Notes under the pieces: generated by a model
Databases searched by the model: none
Told to the model about the DNA's origin: nothing
What the model saw: only the letters and a program-made list of their open reading frames with translations
Virus record (IMG/VR): IMGVR_UViG_3300048574_000483
Location: 1-53,890 of that record
Strand: one strand, 5' to 3'
From: a virus
Taxonomy: Duplodnaviria; Caudoviricetes
DNA: 53,890 nucleotides
Shown: piece by piece, positions 28,851 to 36,857 of the stretch
How positions within the stretch are numbered: position 1 is the stretch's first letter
Layout: the number at the start of each line of letters is the position of its first letter
Program-made: the position numbers and the translations under genes

Positions 28851-29336
28851 TCAGGAAGCCTTGCGCTGCTTCCATTGAGCCTCGAACCGCTCATTCGTGA
28901 CGCGCACGGCGGCGGAGAATAGTTCCTGCTGATCCGTGGTCGGATGCTTCGGGGCGTGCGCCATGTAGAACTTGATGGCGCCGTCGCCAGCGTTGCTGAT
29001 ACCGGGCTGGCGGACATAGACCTTGTAGCTCTTGTCGGTGCCCTCTACCCCGTACCGATCGTCCGTCAGGGTCTTGCGGCAGATGGCCATCAAGTCGTCG
29101 GGATGAATGGACCCGCAATAGGAGCATGTCCGGTTGCCATCGGGGCCGATGTCCCAGGTGTCCGGGGCGGCACCGTCGCGCATATTGTACGAGAACGGCT
29201 CATCACGACGAGCGCAGCGGTGGCGGCCGGCGAAACAAAACAGGCGCTGGCGCAACTGGAACACCCGAAGCGGTTCGGAGAGCGTGCGCGTCCGCCTTCC
29301 AGCTTTGTCGTGGCTGCGATAGCAGGTCGGGTCCAT
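28851..29336 (-). CDS. Hypothetical protein with CSYCGSIHP motif
   Basis: Probable Zn-binding motif; start uncertain. Confidence 0.65.
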   Translation of the reverse strand: MDPTCYRSHDKAGRRTRTLSEPLRVFQLRQRLFCFAGRHRCARRDEPFSYNMRDGAAPDTWDIGPDGNRTCSYCGSIHPDDLMAICRKTLTDDRYGVEGTDKSYKVYVRQPGISNAGDGAIKFYMAHAPKHPTTDQQELFSAAVRVTNERFEAQWKQRKAS

Positions 29337-29462
29337 CTGAGGGAGACGACCGTCACCCGGGAAATGGAGACTGTGACGTGTGTTGTAGCGCAGGAACGCC
29401 ATGATGCGCATTGGCTAGATTCCTCGGTATGGTGCGAAACAGCGGAACTATTTTCACCGGAA

Positions 29463-29582
29463 TCAGGTCAGAGCGATCGACACATGATGAACGAGCCAGG
29501 ATGCACCCAGCACGAGCGCAACACCGATGACGATGCCGCCGACCAGAAGGCCCGCGAAGACGCCGCGGAAATCGAAGTCCAT
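29463..29582 (-). CDS. 39-aa membrane peptide
   Basis: TGATG coupling to the upstream gene; single TM. Confidence 0.5.
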   Translation of the reverse strand: MDFDFRGVFAGLLVGGIVIGVALVLGASWLVHHVSIALT

Positions 29583-30148
29583 CACCTGCCCTCGACAACA
29601 TCGGCCACACGCTCGCGGGCCATGTCCAGCAGGTTGACGGCCTCGGTCAGCTTCGGATCGGCGCCGATTTTTTCGACCTCATCGACCGCCTTGCGGATCG
29701 CGAGTTCGGCCGGCGTATGGAGATGCAGGTCACAGCGCGTCGGAACGCCGTCGGTGCGCAGGTGCGGACGGGGTTCTCGCTCCTGACAAGTGCCACTTGT
29801 CTTTGTCGGATCGATCCGAATGAGGCCGTCTGGTGAAACTGCGTAAATGAGGTCGCCGACCCGATACCGACAGGTCACATCATCCGGAATTGAAACGAGA
29901 TTTGCACGCATCCTGATGCGGCCACCGCCAGGTACAACGGCGTCAACTTTCCAGCTGCCGTCTTTCGGCTCAATCCGCTGCTTCACCGCTTCGGCACGGA
30001 GCAACGCGGCAATGTCCTGGCGTGACGCGGTATCGCACCCCTTGGCCGGGCGAAGCTTGTGGAGCGACGCAGCCTTGTTGATGTCGTGCGCGGCGCCGTC
30101 GGCTTCGAGAAAAGTTGCAGCGGCAGAGAGGATGTCGGCGAGCTTCAT
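29582..30148 (-). CDS. Hypothetical protein
   Basis: SD GAGGAG; C-terminal helical domain TPAELAIRKAVDEVEKIGADPKLT. Confidence 0.7.
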   Translation of the reverse strand: MKLADILSAAATFLEADGAAHDINKAASLHKLRPAKGCDTASRQDIAALLRAEAVKQRIEPKDGSWKVDAVVPGGGRIRMRANLVSIPDDVTCRYRVGDLIYAVSPDGLIRIDPTKTSGTCQEREPRPHLRTDGVPTRCDLHLHTPAELAIRKAVDEVEKIGADPKLTEAVNLLDMARERVADVVEGR

Positions 30149-30436
30149 CCTTTACTCCTCGTATGGGAATTGGGGGCCCAACGTCTGGCGCCACGGCTGA
30201 TCGGTCCGCAGCCCTCGGCCGGGCCCCGCTCTCGGGGTTGTAGGTTTGCGCCGCCGGGCTGGTGCGTGCCCCATGGCACGGCGGCGCGTTCAGCGCTTAG
30301 GAGAAGGCGGAGCCGTTTCTGCCCGATCCATCGGGCGCGGGAGAGGCACTAGGCAATCCCGCTACGGTACGACCCTTCTGTCACTGCGCCGGATTGGAAA
30401 GGCATTGCCGGTTCATTGGAAAAGCAATGCTCGGGT

Positions 30437-30512
30437 TGGTGCCGACTGTAGGGTTCGAACCCACGGCCCGCGGTTTACATAACCGCCGCTCTACCTGCTG
30501 AGCTAAGCCGGC
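30437..30512 (-). tRNA. trnT: tRNA-Thr(UGU) with atypical A33
   Basis: Cloverleaf GCCGGCT/AGTCGGC, arm GCGGT-TATGTAA-ACCGC, TTCGAA T-loop, encoded CCA. Confidence 0.88.
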
Positions 30513-30516
30513 GAAT

Positions 30517-30592
30517 TGGTGGAAGTGGCCGGGATCGAACCGGCGACACCCTGGATGCAAACCAGGCGCTCTCCCATCTGAGCTACACCCCC
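30517..30592 (-). tRNA. trnA: tRNA-Ala(UGC)
   Basis: G3:U70 pair, arm CCTGG-TTTGCAT-CCAGG, encoded CCA. Confidence 0.93.
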
Positions 30593-30598
30593 AAGCGT

Positions 30599-30686
30599 TG
30601 GCGGACGGGGTAGGATTCGAACCCACGGGGCTGTGACACCCTTCGGTTTTCAGGACCGCTGCCTTAAGCCGCTCGGCCACCCGTCC
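30599..30686 (-). tRNA. trnS: tRNA-Ser(UGA) with atypical C33
   Basis: 88 nt, long variable arm, G73, arm GCGGT-CCTGAAA-ACCGA, encoded CCA. Confidence 0.88.
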
Positions 30687-30694
30687 GAAATCTG

Positions 30695-30855
30695 TAGCTG
30701 CGGCGCTGTCCGGTTCGATCGCTTCTGACCCAGGCCGCCGGACAAGGGATTTGCAATCTACAGCGCCGCAGCGGACTACCATCTTCTCTGGCCGGGTGTC
30801 CCCGGCATCCCTTAGTGCGCAGACATCCCCGCGAGATCGGGCAAGATGGCAGACC
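30695..30855 (-). ncRNA. Candidate structured RNA upstream of the tRNAs
   Basis: 13-bp perfect inverted repeat 30697-30709/30760-30772; CTGCCATCTT/AAGATGGTAG stem; both enclose internal hairpins. Confidence 0.4.
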
Positions 30856-30950
30856 GCCAAAGCGTCATAGCCGCCGCAGTACTTGGCCCTTCCGATTACC
30901 CCATCACTGGAAACCCGACGAACGGGACGAAAGAGCCCAGCACCAAGGTG

Positions 30951-31316
30951 TCAGGCTGGCCGCTGAAAATGCAACACTCCCCGCGCGAATAGCTGATCCA
31001 CCGGCGGATATCCGAGTGCCCTTTCGAACGCTGCGCCGTCGCCGATTGTTGCCTTGACGCGGTCGACCAGCTTGCGGTCCTCCGCCTTCACCTTGGTTTC
31101 GTCTACCCGGAGCCATCTGGAGACAGTGGCAAGCCAGCGGAGGTGATGCTCGCGGGCCTCGGCGAGTTGCGCCGAGCTGAGCGTGGCGCGCTCGAAGCTG
31201 AACTTGGACAACGAGAGCGGCGCAGGCTTCGCGCGACCTGCATGGACCGTAAGCGGTGCAGCAACCGAATCGAATGTCGGCGCGACAACGGCCCGCTTTC
31301 GCACGGCAGCGCGCAT
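30951..31316 (-). CDS. Hypothetical protein (first late-leader ORF)
   Basis: Helical ORF downstream of a possible promoter TTGACG-17-CAATCT near 31405-31432. Confidence 0.5.
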   Translation of the reverse strand: MRAAVRKRAVVAPTFDSVAAPLTVHAGRAKPAPLSLSKFSFERATLSSAQLAEAREHHLRWLATVSRWLRVDETKVKAEDRKLVDRVKATIGDGAAFERALGYPPVDQLFARGVLHFQRPA

Positions 31317-31457
31317 CAGAAAGTGCCCGATTTTGCTGATTTTTCAGGCTTCGCAGTCGCGGGCAACTCAATGCACCGACGCAAATCAACGAAGACGTTG
31401 AACAGATTGAGTATTTTTCCCGTCGCCGTCAATCAGCTTTCAACACCACGTTATGGA

Positions 31458-31688
31458 TTAGTAACGCGACAGGGTTTGGTTCATTTCATTGTGGAGTTGG
31501 CACAGGGATTCCATCTTCGCTTTGACTGCGGCCTTCGCCTTCTCGATGTTCTCCGATGCCGGATGGCAGTCTTCGTCCCTCCATCGGTACAGGGTTGTCA
31601 CCGATATTCCCGCCGCGTGCGCCGCAGCCTTTGGGGAGCCGAACGCCTTGATCAGAGCCGTAGCTACGTTAGAACCGGTGAGGATCAT
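31458..31688 (-). CDS. Small HTH protein
   Basis: AAAHAAGISVTTLYRW; TAATG coupling to the NusG-like gene. Confidence 0.75.
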   Translation of the reverse strand: MILTGSNVATALIKAFGSPKAAAHAAGISVTTLYRWRDEDCHPASENIEKAKAAVKAKMESLCQLHNEMNQTLSRY

Positions 31689-32227
31689 TACGCCCTCCGC
31701 TTCATCTCGGCGGGAACCATGACGATGTCGCAGTCCGCGATCTGCGGAGACGCCAGGCCGCCGAAGTCGAGCCACGCCCAACCACGGCTGAAGTCGACCA
31801 GCTTACCGATCCGGTCCTTGAACGCGCCGCGCACGATGCGGTAATCGGCGCCGCGCTCGAGATCCTTGCGCCCAGCCCCGGTCTTGTGGGTGACCAGCCC
31901 CGCCCGCTCTGCGTCTTCACGCTTGCGGTGCTCATCGATGAGAGCGGAGAGTATGGTCCCAGGATGTCCGGGACGGCTCTCGAGGAAGTGCATGACCCCG
32001 CGGCGGCTGCGCGCCAGGCTGTATTCGCTGTCGTTGTCGCCATCGAACCGGGCGTAGAAATACGGCGGCATGAGAAGCTCGCAGGTGAGCTTCATCTTGC
32101 CCTTCAACGTCCGCTCCCGCTCCCAGGTACGGGGGAAGTGCACTTCGATCAGCACTTCCTTCAGGCTGACCTCGGCCAGCTCGCCCCGCCCGTTCTGTGC
32201 GACGCCTACGCGCCATGCCATCGTCAT
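31688..32227 (-). CDS. NusG-family (NGN+KOW) antiterminator, in the position of lambda Q
   Basis: LLMPPYFYARF and RRGVMHFL NGN motifs; RIVRGAFKDRIG KOW; LDFGG. Confidence 0.82.
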   Translation of the reverse strand: MTMAWRVGVAQNGRGELAEVSLKEVLIEVHFPRTWERERTLKGKMKLTCELLMPPYFYARFDGDNDSEYSLARSRRGVMHFLESRPGHPGTILSALIDEHRKREDAERAGLVTHKTGAGRKDLERGADYRIVRGAFKDRIGKLVDFSRGWAWLDFGGLASPQIADCDIVMVPAEMKRRA

Positions 32228-33324
32228 CGGATAGCTCTCCTATCGCTTGTTGTGTGGTCGTTTGCGCACTCGATCACCACGTCGGCGCCGAATGCCTGGG
32301 TGAGCGCGCCTTGGTAGTTCTTCGCGATCCAGTTCCGGCGGAACGGTTTGTCGGCCACGACGCGCACCGGTGTGCCGACGATCAGCTCAACCACACCGCC
32401 ACCGAACCATTGGGCGAACGCCGCCGCGCCGATGGATTCGACCAGCTTGCTCCCGGCATCGCCCCAATCGGGAGGCAGAGGCAACTCACCGCCGCCGCCG
32501 GTACGGCTTGCCTCCAAGAACCCGTCGAACCGCTCTTGCGAGAGATAGCCCTCGGCATGTTTTGGCCGGTACCAGGATTTGTTTTCGTCGCAATAGGCTC
32601 GGAACGCAGGGAGGGACGCTATCGCGCCGGCCTGCTGCTGTGGGCTAAGCGCCCGCCAGCGCTTGAACGCTGCCTTTTTCGACATGTTGGGATCAGTGGG
32701 ATAGCCGGTCCAGAACGCCTGGAACGCCTCCGAGTACGGGGTACGGCCGCGAGCGCCTGGCTTCGCGACGGATCCGGCCAGCGGTTCAGGCTCGGGTTCC
32801 GACTTGGCGTCGGGGTCCGGAGCGGAAGCGCTTTGAGGCGTGGCATCGAGAGGTACGACGGCCAAAGGCGTCGTACAAGGTTCTTCTTTCTTCTCTGGTT
32901 CTGGATATGGTTCATGGATAGCTACACTTTCGCTAAGCGTAGCTGGTGGCGATTTAGTAGCGGTCGCTAAATCCTGTTTCTTTGATTTCAATGCTTTAGC
33001 TTTTCCGCCTAGCGAACCGCTAGCGCGGTTGGCTTCAATCTTTTCGATGACGCCGACGAGGTCTTTTTCAACGCGTTTTTGACGCCAACCGTCGACGCTC
33101 ACCTCGAACAGCTCGACGAGCACTTGTCTCGCTCTCTCCCATGCGTGAGGGCTAAGGCGGGCGATGCGAGCAAGGCGCCGTTCGTCTGGCGGCAGCGGCG
33201 CTCCGTTCGAACGCCATTGCGCCATCATCAACAGCATGTAGGCCCCGAATTCTTCGGTGGTCAGATGCGTCGTGTCGGCGATCAGCGCGTCGGTTGCGAC
33301 CGGCCATATTGGGGCCTTGCTCAT
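32224..33324 (-). CDS. Replication initiator, DUF1376/YdaU N-terminus and DnaA domain I-like C-terminus
   Basis: ADTTHLTTEEFGAYMLLM; FQAFWTGYP..SKKAA..W; C-terminal IGAAAFAQWF...FRRNWIAKNY. Confidence 0.85.
   Translation of the reverse strand: MSKAPIWPVATDALIADTTHLTTEEFGAYMLLMMAQWRSNGAPLPPDERRLARIARLSPHAWERARQVLVELFEVSVDGWRQKRVEKDLVGVIEKIEANRASGSLGGKAKALKSKKQDLATATKSPPATLSESVAIHEPYPEPEKKEEPCTTPLAVVPLDATPQSASAPDPDAKSEPEPEPLAGSVAKPGARGRTPYSEAFQAFWTGYPTDPNMSKKAAFKRWRALSPQQQAGAIASLPAFRAYCDENKSWYRPKHAEGYLSQERFDGFLEASRTGGGGELPLPPDWGDAGSKLVESIGAAAFAQWFGGGVVELIVGTPVRVVADKPFRRNWIAKNYQGALTQAFGADVVIECANDHTTSDRRAIR
32915..33030. repeat. Putative origin iterons inside the initiator gene
   Basis: Lower-GC tract with clustered TAGCG/CGCTA dyads: GATTTAG..CTAAATC and CTAGCG-AAC-CGCTAG. 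Confidence 0.5.
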
Positions 33325-33947
33325 CCCTCCACCCTTGCCAGTGTCGGCGCGTAAACGGTGAACGGCGGAGCTGCCGGGCGAAGAACGCGCTTACACCACA
33401 AGAACCAGCTATGGTTGGCGCTGGGGCCAGCCCCCTGCTTCCCGTCTGCCGTCTTTTCGCGCGGGAACCACTCAATCCGTCGGTTCAAGACCACGCGGCC
33501 GGCGAAGTGCTGGCATTCGCCGAACAAGTGGCGGCGCGTCTTGGCGCTGTCAAAGTCTGCCTGCAGCAGCAGGGCGAGGATGCCACCGAGCGGCAATAGC
33601 GACAGCCCGACCTCAATGAAACGCTCTGCCGTGGCGCCACGCGGGCCGTACGGCGGGTTGGTGATGATGTCCTGGTAGACGCGCTGCGCCGCAAAACGGC
33701 CAGCCTGCGGTGACAGGAAATCCATCTCCGCGATCATCGGTCCGTAGCCATGGTCGTGAAGATCGGTGCCAATCACGCGGGCACCAAGCGCTTCGAGCGC
33801 CCGCGCCATCTTTCCCTCGCCGCAGGCCGGTTCCCACACCGTGCGACCGGTCAGGTTGACGTGCTCGCCGAGCGAGTCCGTTACCCATGAAAGCGTCTGG
33901 TAGAGGTCGGCGGGGACGCGCGCGTAGCCGGAATTGCGAGTGCTCAT
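33321..33947 (-). CDS. Orphan amino-DNA methyltransferase (likely N6-adenine)
   Basis: Motif I VWEPACGEG; motif IV DIITNPPY. Confidence 0.85.
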   Translation of the reverse strand: MSTRNSGYARVPADLYQTLSWVTDSLGEHVNLTGRTVWEPACGEGKMARALEALGARVIGTDLHDHGYGPMIAEMDFLSPQAGRFAAQRVYQDIITNPPYGPRGATAERFIEVGLSLLPLGGILALLLQADFDSAKTRRHLFGECQHFAGRVVLNRRIEWFPREKTADGKQGAGPSANHSWFLWCKRVLRPAAPPFTVYAPTLARVEG

Positions 33948-34450
33948 GCCGCCTCGCGATCGACTGACAGCGTCGGCAGACCACGGAGCGCACGCTTGCG
34001 GTCCACATAGGCGTAGAACTGCGCAATGGTCATCTTGCGCTTGCCGATGTAGACGCCGCCGCGTTGACGGACAATCTTCGCCTTGATGCCGAATTCGCGA
34101 TCGAGCCACGAAATCACGTTGTGGATTTCGCCCGAGGCGCCGGGGCCGAAGCGCCGGATGCCGCGCTGCGCGATGAAGTCGGAAATCGCGTCGTCGTCGT
34201 TCGTGGCGGTCGGGCTGATCGGCCGCGCCGGTGCAAAGCGCATCGCGAACGGGTTTCCGCGGTGCGTTGCGGATTTCGGAACACCCTTGAACCGAGGCGT
34301 GCCGAGCGTGCCGTCCTTCAGCCGGCCGATCGCGCGCTTGATGGTGTCCGTAGACACGCCCATCAACTTCGCGATTTCCTTCTGCGGGATGCCCTGGTCG
34401 ACATACTGGCGGAGCTTGTCGACGTGGTTCTTGTCCCAATTCGTACGCAT
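33944..34450 (-). CDS. HTH-domain hypothetical protein
   Basis: GIPQKEIAKLMGVSTDTIK HTH. Confidence 0.7.
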   Translation of the reverse strand: MRTNWDKNHVDKLRQYVDQGIPQKEIAKLMGVSTDTIKRAIGRLKDGTLGTPRFKGVPKSATHRGNPFAMRFAPARPISPTATNDDDAISDFIAQRGIRRFGPGASGEIHNVISWLDREFGIKAKIVRQRGGVYIGKRKMTIAQFYAYVDRKRALRGLPTLSVDREAA

Positions 34451-34460
34451 GCGGCTGTTC

Positions 34461-34721
34461 TCAATCTTGCGCTTCACGCGCACGCCGGCGACGTGCCGGT
34501 GTCGATTTCTGTTTTGCTGGCTTCTTCTCTCGCAACGCGAGCGGTACGTAATCCGGGAACTTCAGATCGAAGTCGCGCGCGTAGCGGCGCAGTGTGCCGA
34601 TTTTTCGGCCCATATAGAGGGGACCGCTCAGCACCTTCAGAGAGACCCCTGCGGCGCTGAACCGGCGCATCAGTTCGCCCATCTTTGCGCGGTGATCGGT
34701 CGGCAAGAGAGGGCCTTGCAT
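34461..34721 (-). CDS. Hypothetical basic protein
   Basis: G-run SD; in operon. Confidence 0.55.
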   Translation of the reverse strand: MQGPLLPTDHRAKMGELMRRFSAAGVSLKVLSGPLYMGRKIGTLRRYARDFDLKFPDYVPLALREKKPAKQKSTPARRRRAREAQD

Positions 34722-34772
34722 TACCCCCCCCCAGAATGTCGGACAATTCCATTTGCGTTACCCTCACGGTGA

Positions 34773-35015
34773 TCACCGCATATCCATGCCGCGCAGATAG
34801 GTGTCGAGCATGGCCTCGGCTTCCTGGAAGTCTGCCTTGTCCAACTTCCGGAGCCGGACGACTGTTCGCATCGTTTTCGTGCAAAAGCCTTCGCCTTTAG
34901 CTTCGGCGTAGACTTCCTTGATGTCGTCGGTGAGCGCTTTTTTCTCTTCCTCGAGACGCTCCACGCGCTCGATGAAGGAACGCAGGCGATCTTTTGCAAA
35001 TGCCGCTTTGGTCAT
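34773..35015 (-). CDS. gapR: GapR/DUF2312-family nucleoid-associated protein
   Basis: [33 protein letters not shown] signature. Confidence 0.93.
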   Translation of the reverse strand: MTKAAFAKDRLRSFIERVERLEEEKKALTDDIKEVYAEAKGEGFCTKTMRTVVRLRKLDKADFQEAEAMLDTYLRGMDMR

Positions 35016-35026
35016 CTCTCCCCTCC

Positions 35027-35230
35027 CTAATCGTTGTTGTAGGTGTGCCAGGGCTGGTCGCAGGGTTCGCCGACCTCTTCACCCTTCTCGTTCGCAAAAC
35101 GAGCTGGCGGCACGTAAGGCTCTCGGCGGATATCCTTGCGGAGGCATTCGTTCGTTTCGCGTCTGATCGCATCGCGGACACGCATGTCGCAGCGCTTGGC
35201 CTCGGGTGGTATCGGGCGAAGATGAAGCAT
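35027..35230 (-). CDS. Hypothetical protein
   Basis: TAATG coupling to the upstream gene. Confidence 0.45.
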   Translation of the reverse strand: MLHLRPIPPEAKRCDMRVRDAIRRETNECLRKDIRREPYVPPARFANEKGEEVGEPCDQPWHTYNND

Positions 35231-35673
35231 TACTTCCCTCCGATGAGACGAGTGAGCAGCGCGCGCGCCGCAGAGCCTTGCGGCCCCGGATCGGCGGACA
35301 CGGCATGCAGCCCAGCAATTACGGCGTTGAGCGCATACGGTCCGTTATCGTCACCAACGATTTCGGCGAGAACGAATTCGGCGACGGCCGGAATGCGGCG
35401 CGCCATGTTGATGGTCTTGGCGAGGTTCGGGCAGTTTGTGCCATCCTGCCAGTTCTTGGCCGTGTCCTTAGATGCGCACGCGGCCCTTGCAAGTTCGCCC
35501 CGCTGCGATTGGCGAGCAATAACCGAGACACGAGCGGTAACGTCCCTCTCGGTCACGAATTTTAGCCCCACCGGCGCTGTAGACGTTAAGCAATTTCCCG
35601 CTGCACGGTGGTCGAGGACCGAGCGGTTGAGGCGCTCGTTGCCAGGAGATCGAGTTGCCGCAAGACACGACAT
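35230..35673 (-). CDS. Putative CII-like regulator
   Basis: ELARAACASKDTAKNW HTH-like segment; lies in the cro operon. Confidence 0.5.
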   Translation of the reverse strand: MSCLAATRSPGNERLNRSVLDHRAAGNCLTSTAPVGLKFVTERDVTARVSVIARQSQRGELARAACASKDTAKNWQDGTNCPNLAKTINMARRIPAVAEFVLAEIVGDDNGPYALNAVIAGLHAVSADPGPQGSAARALLTRLIGGK

Positions 35674-36191
35674 CACATCGCCCCGCTGTATTGGTGGGCG
35701 CCCTGAACGATTCCCGTCCGGGGGGCGGACGGTCTGACGCTCAGGGCGCTGCCATTCGCCGTCGAGTTCATTCGGCGAATTACGAATATCTGACAGGTGC
35801 GCGGCTTCGCCGGTCCGGCGGCGAGCGCGGGGAAGCGCTCCGAAGCATCCGCGAGCGAGCGCGTCCGGAACACCTCGCACGCGATTCTGTACCGCAGGAC
35901 GCGAACGCGGTCGGCGAATTCGGAGCTTGCCGCAATCCGACGTTCAACTGCATGCAAGGCATGCCAAGGCGTGCTGTGGTCCTGCAGGTGGAACAGCCTC
36001 GCCAAGGTCGACAGGCTGATCGGACGGCCGCTGCCGCCAGCGACGCACGTCCGGCAAAGCCATATCGCGAGCTGGCGCGGGTGGGCCGCGGCGTACCGCT
36101 TGGTGCCGGTCAGCAGCTCGCCGACCGTAATGCCGTAATCATCGGCAACGACCAGCTTGGTCCGGGCGACGGTGTTCGGGGCGTTTATCAT
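35673..36191 (-). CDS. DnaA domain IV (C-terminal HTH)-like protein
   Basis: VVADDYGITVGELL, PRQLAIWLCR, SLSTLARLF and DHSTPWHA match the DnaA C-terminal signature. Confidence 0.82.
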   Translation of the reverse strand: MINAPNTVARTKLVVADDYGITVGELLTGTKRYAAAHPRQLAIWLCRTCVAGGSGRPISLSTLARLFHLQDHSTPWHALHAVERRIAASSEFADRVRVLRYRIACEVFRTRSLADASERFPALAAGPAKPRTCQIFVIRRMNSTANGSALSVRPSAPRTGIVQGAHQYSGAM

Positions 36192-36857
36192 TTATGCCAC
36201 CTGCCCCACGGCGCCGGATCGCCGCATCGCAGCGGAAGTGGAAAGCGCCAAAAATTGGGACGTCGCAGTTACTGTCGCAGGAAGTGTTGCATATCTCGCA
36301 ACACTGCGAGCCTTGAGCCACGCGACAACGGCGCACCAACACGTGTAGAAGGCCTCAGAAATCGATTTGTCAGCACTCGGCTCTTCCGGGAGTGTCAAAA
36401 AACTCAACAGAATGTGGATTTTCTTGACACTGGAGAGGACGCGGCAAATCACCAATTGGGACATTTTCAAGATCTGAGCCCGAAAATATTTTGCCCGGAA
36501 CCATCTTGCAGTGTTGCTAGAACAGTGCGTGAATTTTCCCCGACATCCTGTTTGGGGTTGGGGCACTCCCGTGAGCTCGAACGATCCAACGGCGTTGAAA
36601 ACGCGCGCCGACGATATAACTCTCGCTATCCTCTTCCGGTCGCTGCATCGCTGCGCGGATGCTCCGGCCGACTGTGCTACATGCGCTATCGCCCGAGCAC
36701 GTGGAAGAATGGCTACGGCCGCGTACAACGCGATTTCGCCGCTCTCGGCGCCAAGCACATCTATCGAAGATGCGCAGTCGGCATATCTCTCGGCGCAACT
36801 GCGGCTCAAAGCGTATTGTGCGCTGTGCAAAGAGGTAGAAGCCGCATAGGCGTTCAT
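36192..36857 (-). CDS. Hypothetical protein
   Basis: Abuts cro and the next gene exactly (TAAATG at both ends), but atypical composition. Confidence 0.4.
   Translation of the reverse strand: MNAYAASTSLHSAQYALSRSCAERYADCASSIDVLGAESGEIALYAAVAILPRARAIAHVAQSAGASAQRCSDRKRIARVISSARVFNAVGSFELTGVPQPQTGCRGKFTHCSSNTARWFRAKYFRAQILKMSQLVICRVLSSVKKIHILLSFLTLPEEPSADKSISEAFYTCWCAVVAWLKARSVARYATLPATVTATSQFLALSTSAAMRRSGAVGQVA

Noticed and set aside
30599-30686. Selenocysteine/suppressor tRNA, or shifted anticodon GAA
   Set aside because: Stem pairing centres UGA in a 7-nt loop, and the 7-bp acceptor stem and G73 fit Ser; a shifted register breaks the stem
30740-30775. Fourth tRNA (Cys GCA)
   Set aside because: Only an anticodon-like hairpin; no canonical D arm, T arm or CCA
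33321-33947. Restriction-modification system
   Set aside because: No adjacent restriction endonuclease; orphan methylases are common in phage replication modules
33948-34439. Long N-terminal extension of the methyltransferase ORF
   Set aside because: Out-of-frame overlap with the HTH gene; the coupled ATG at 33947 is more plausible
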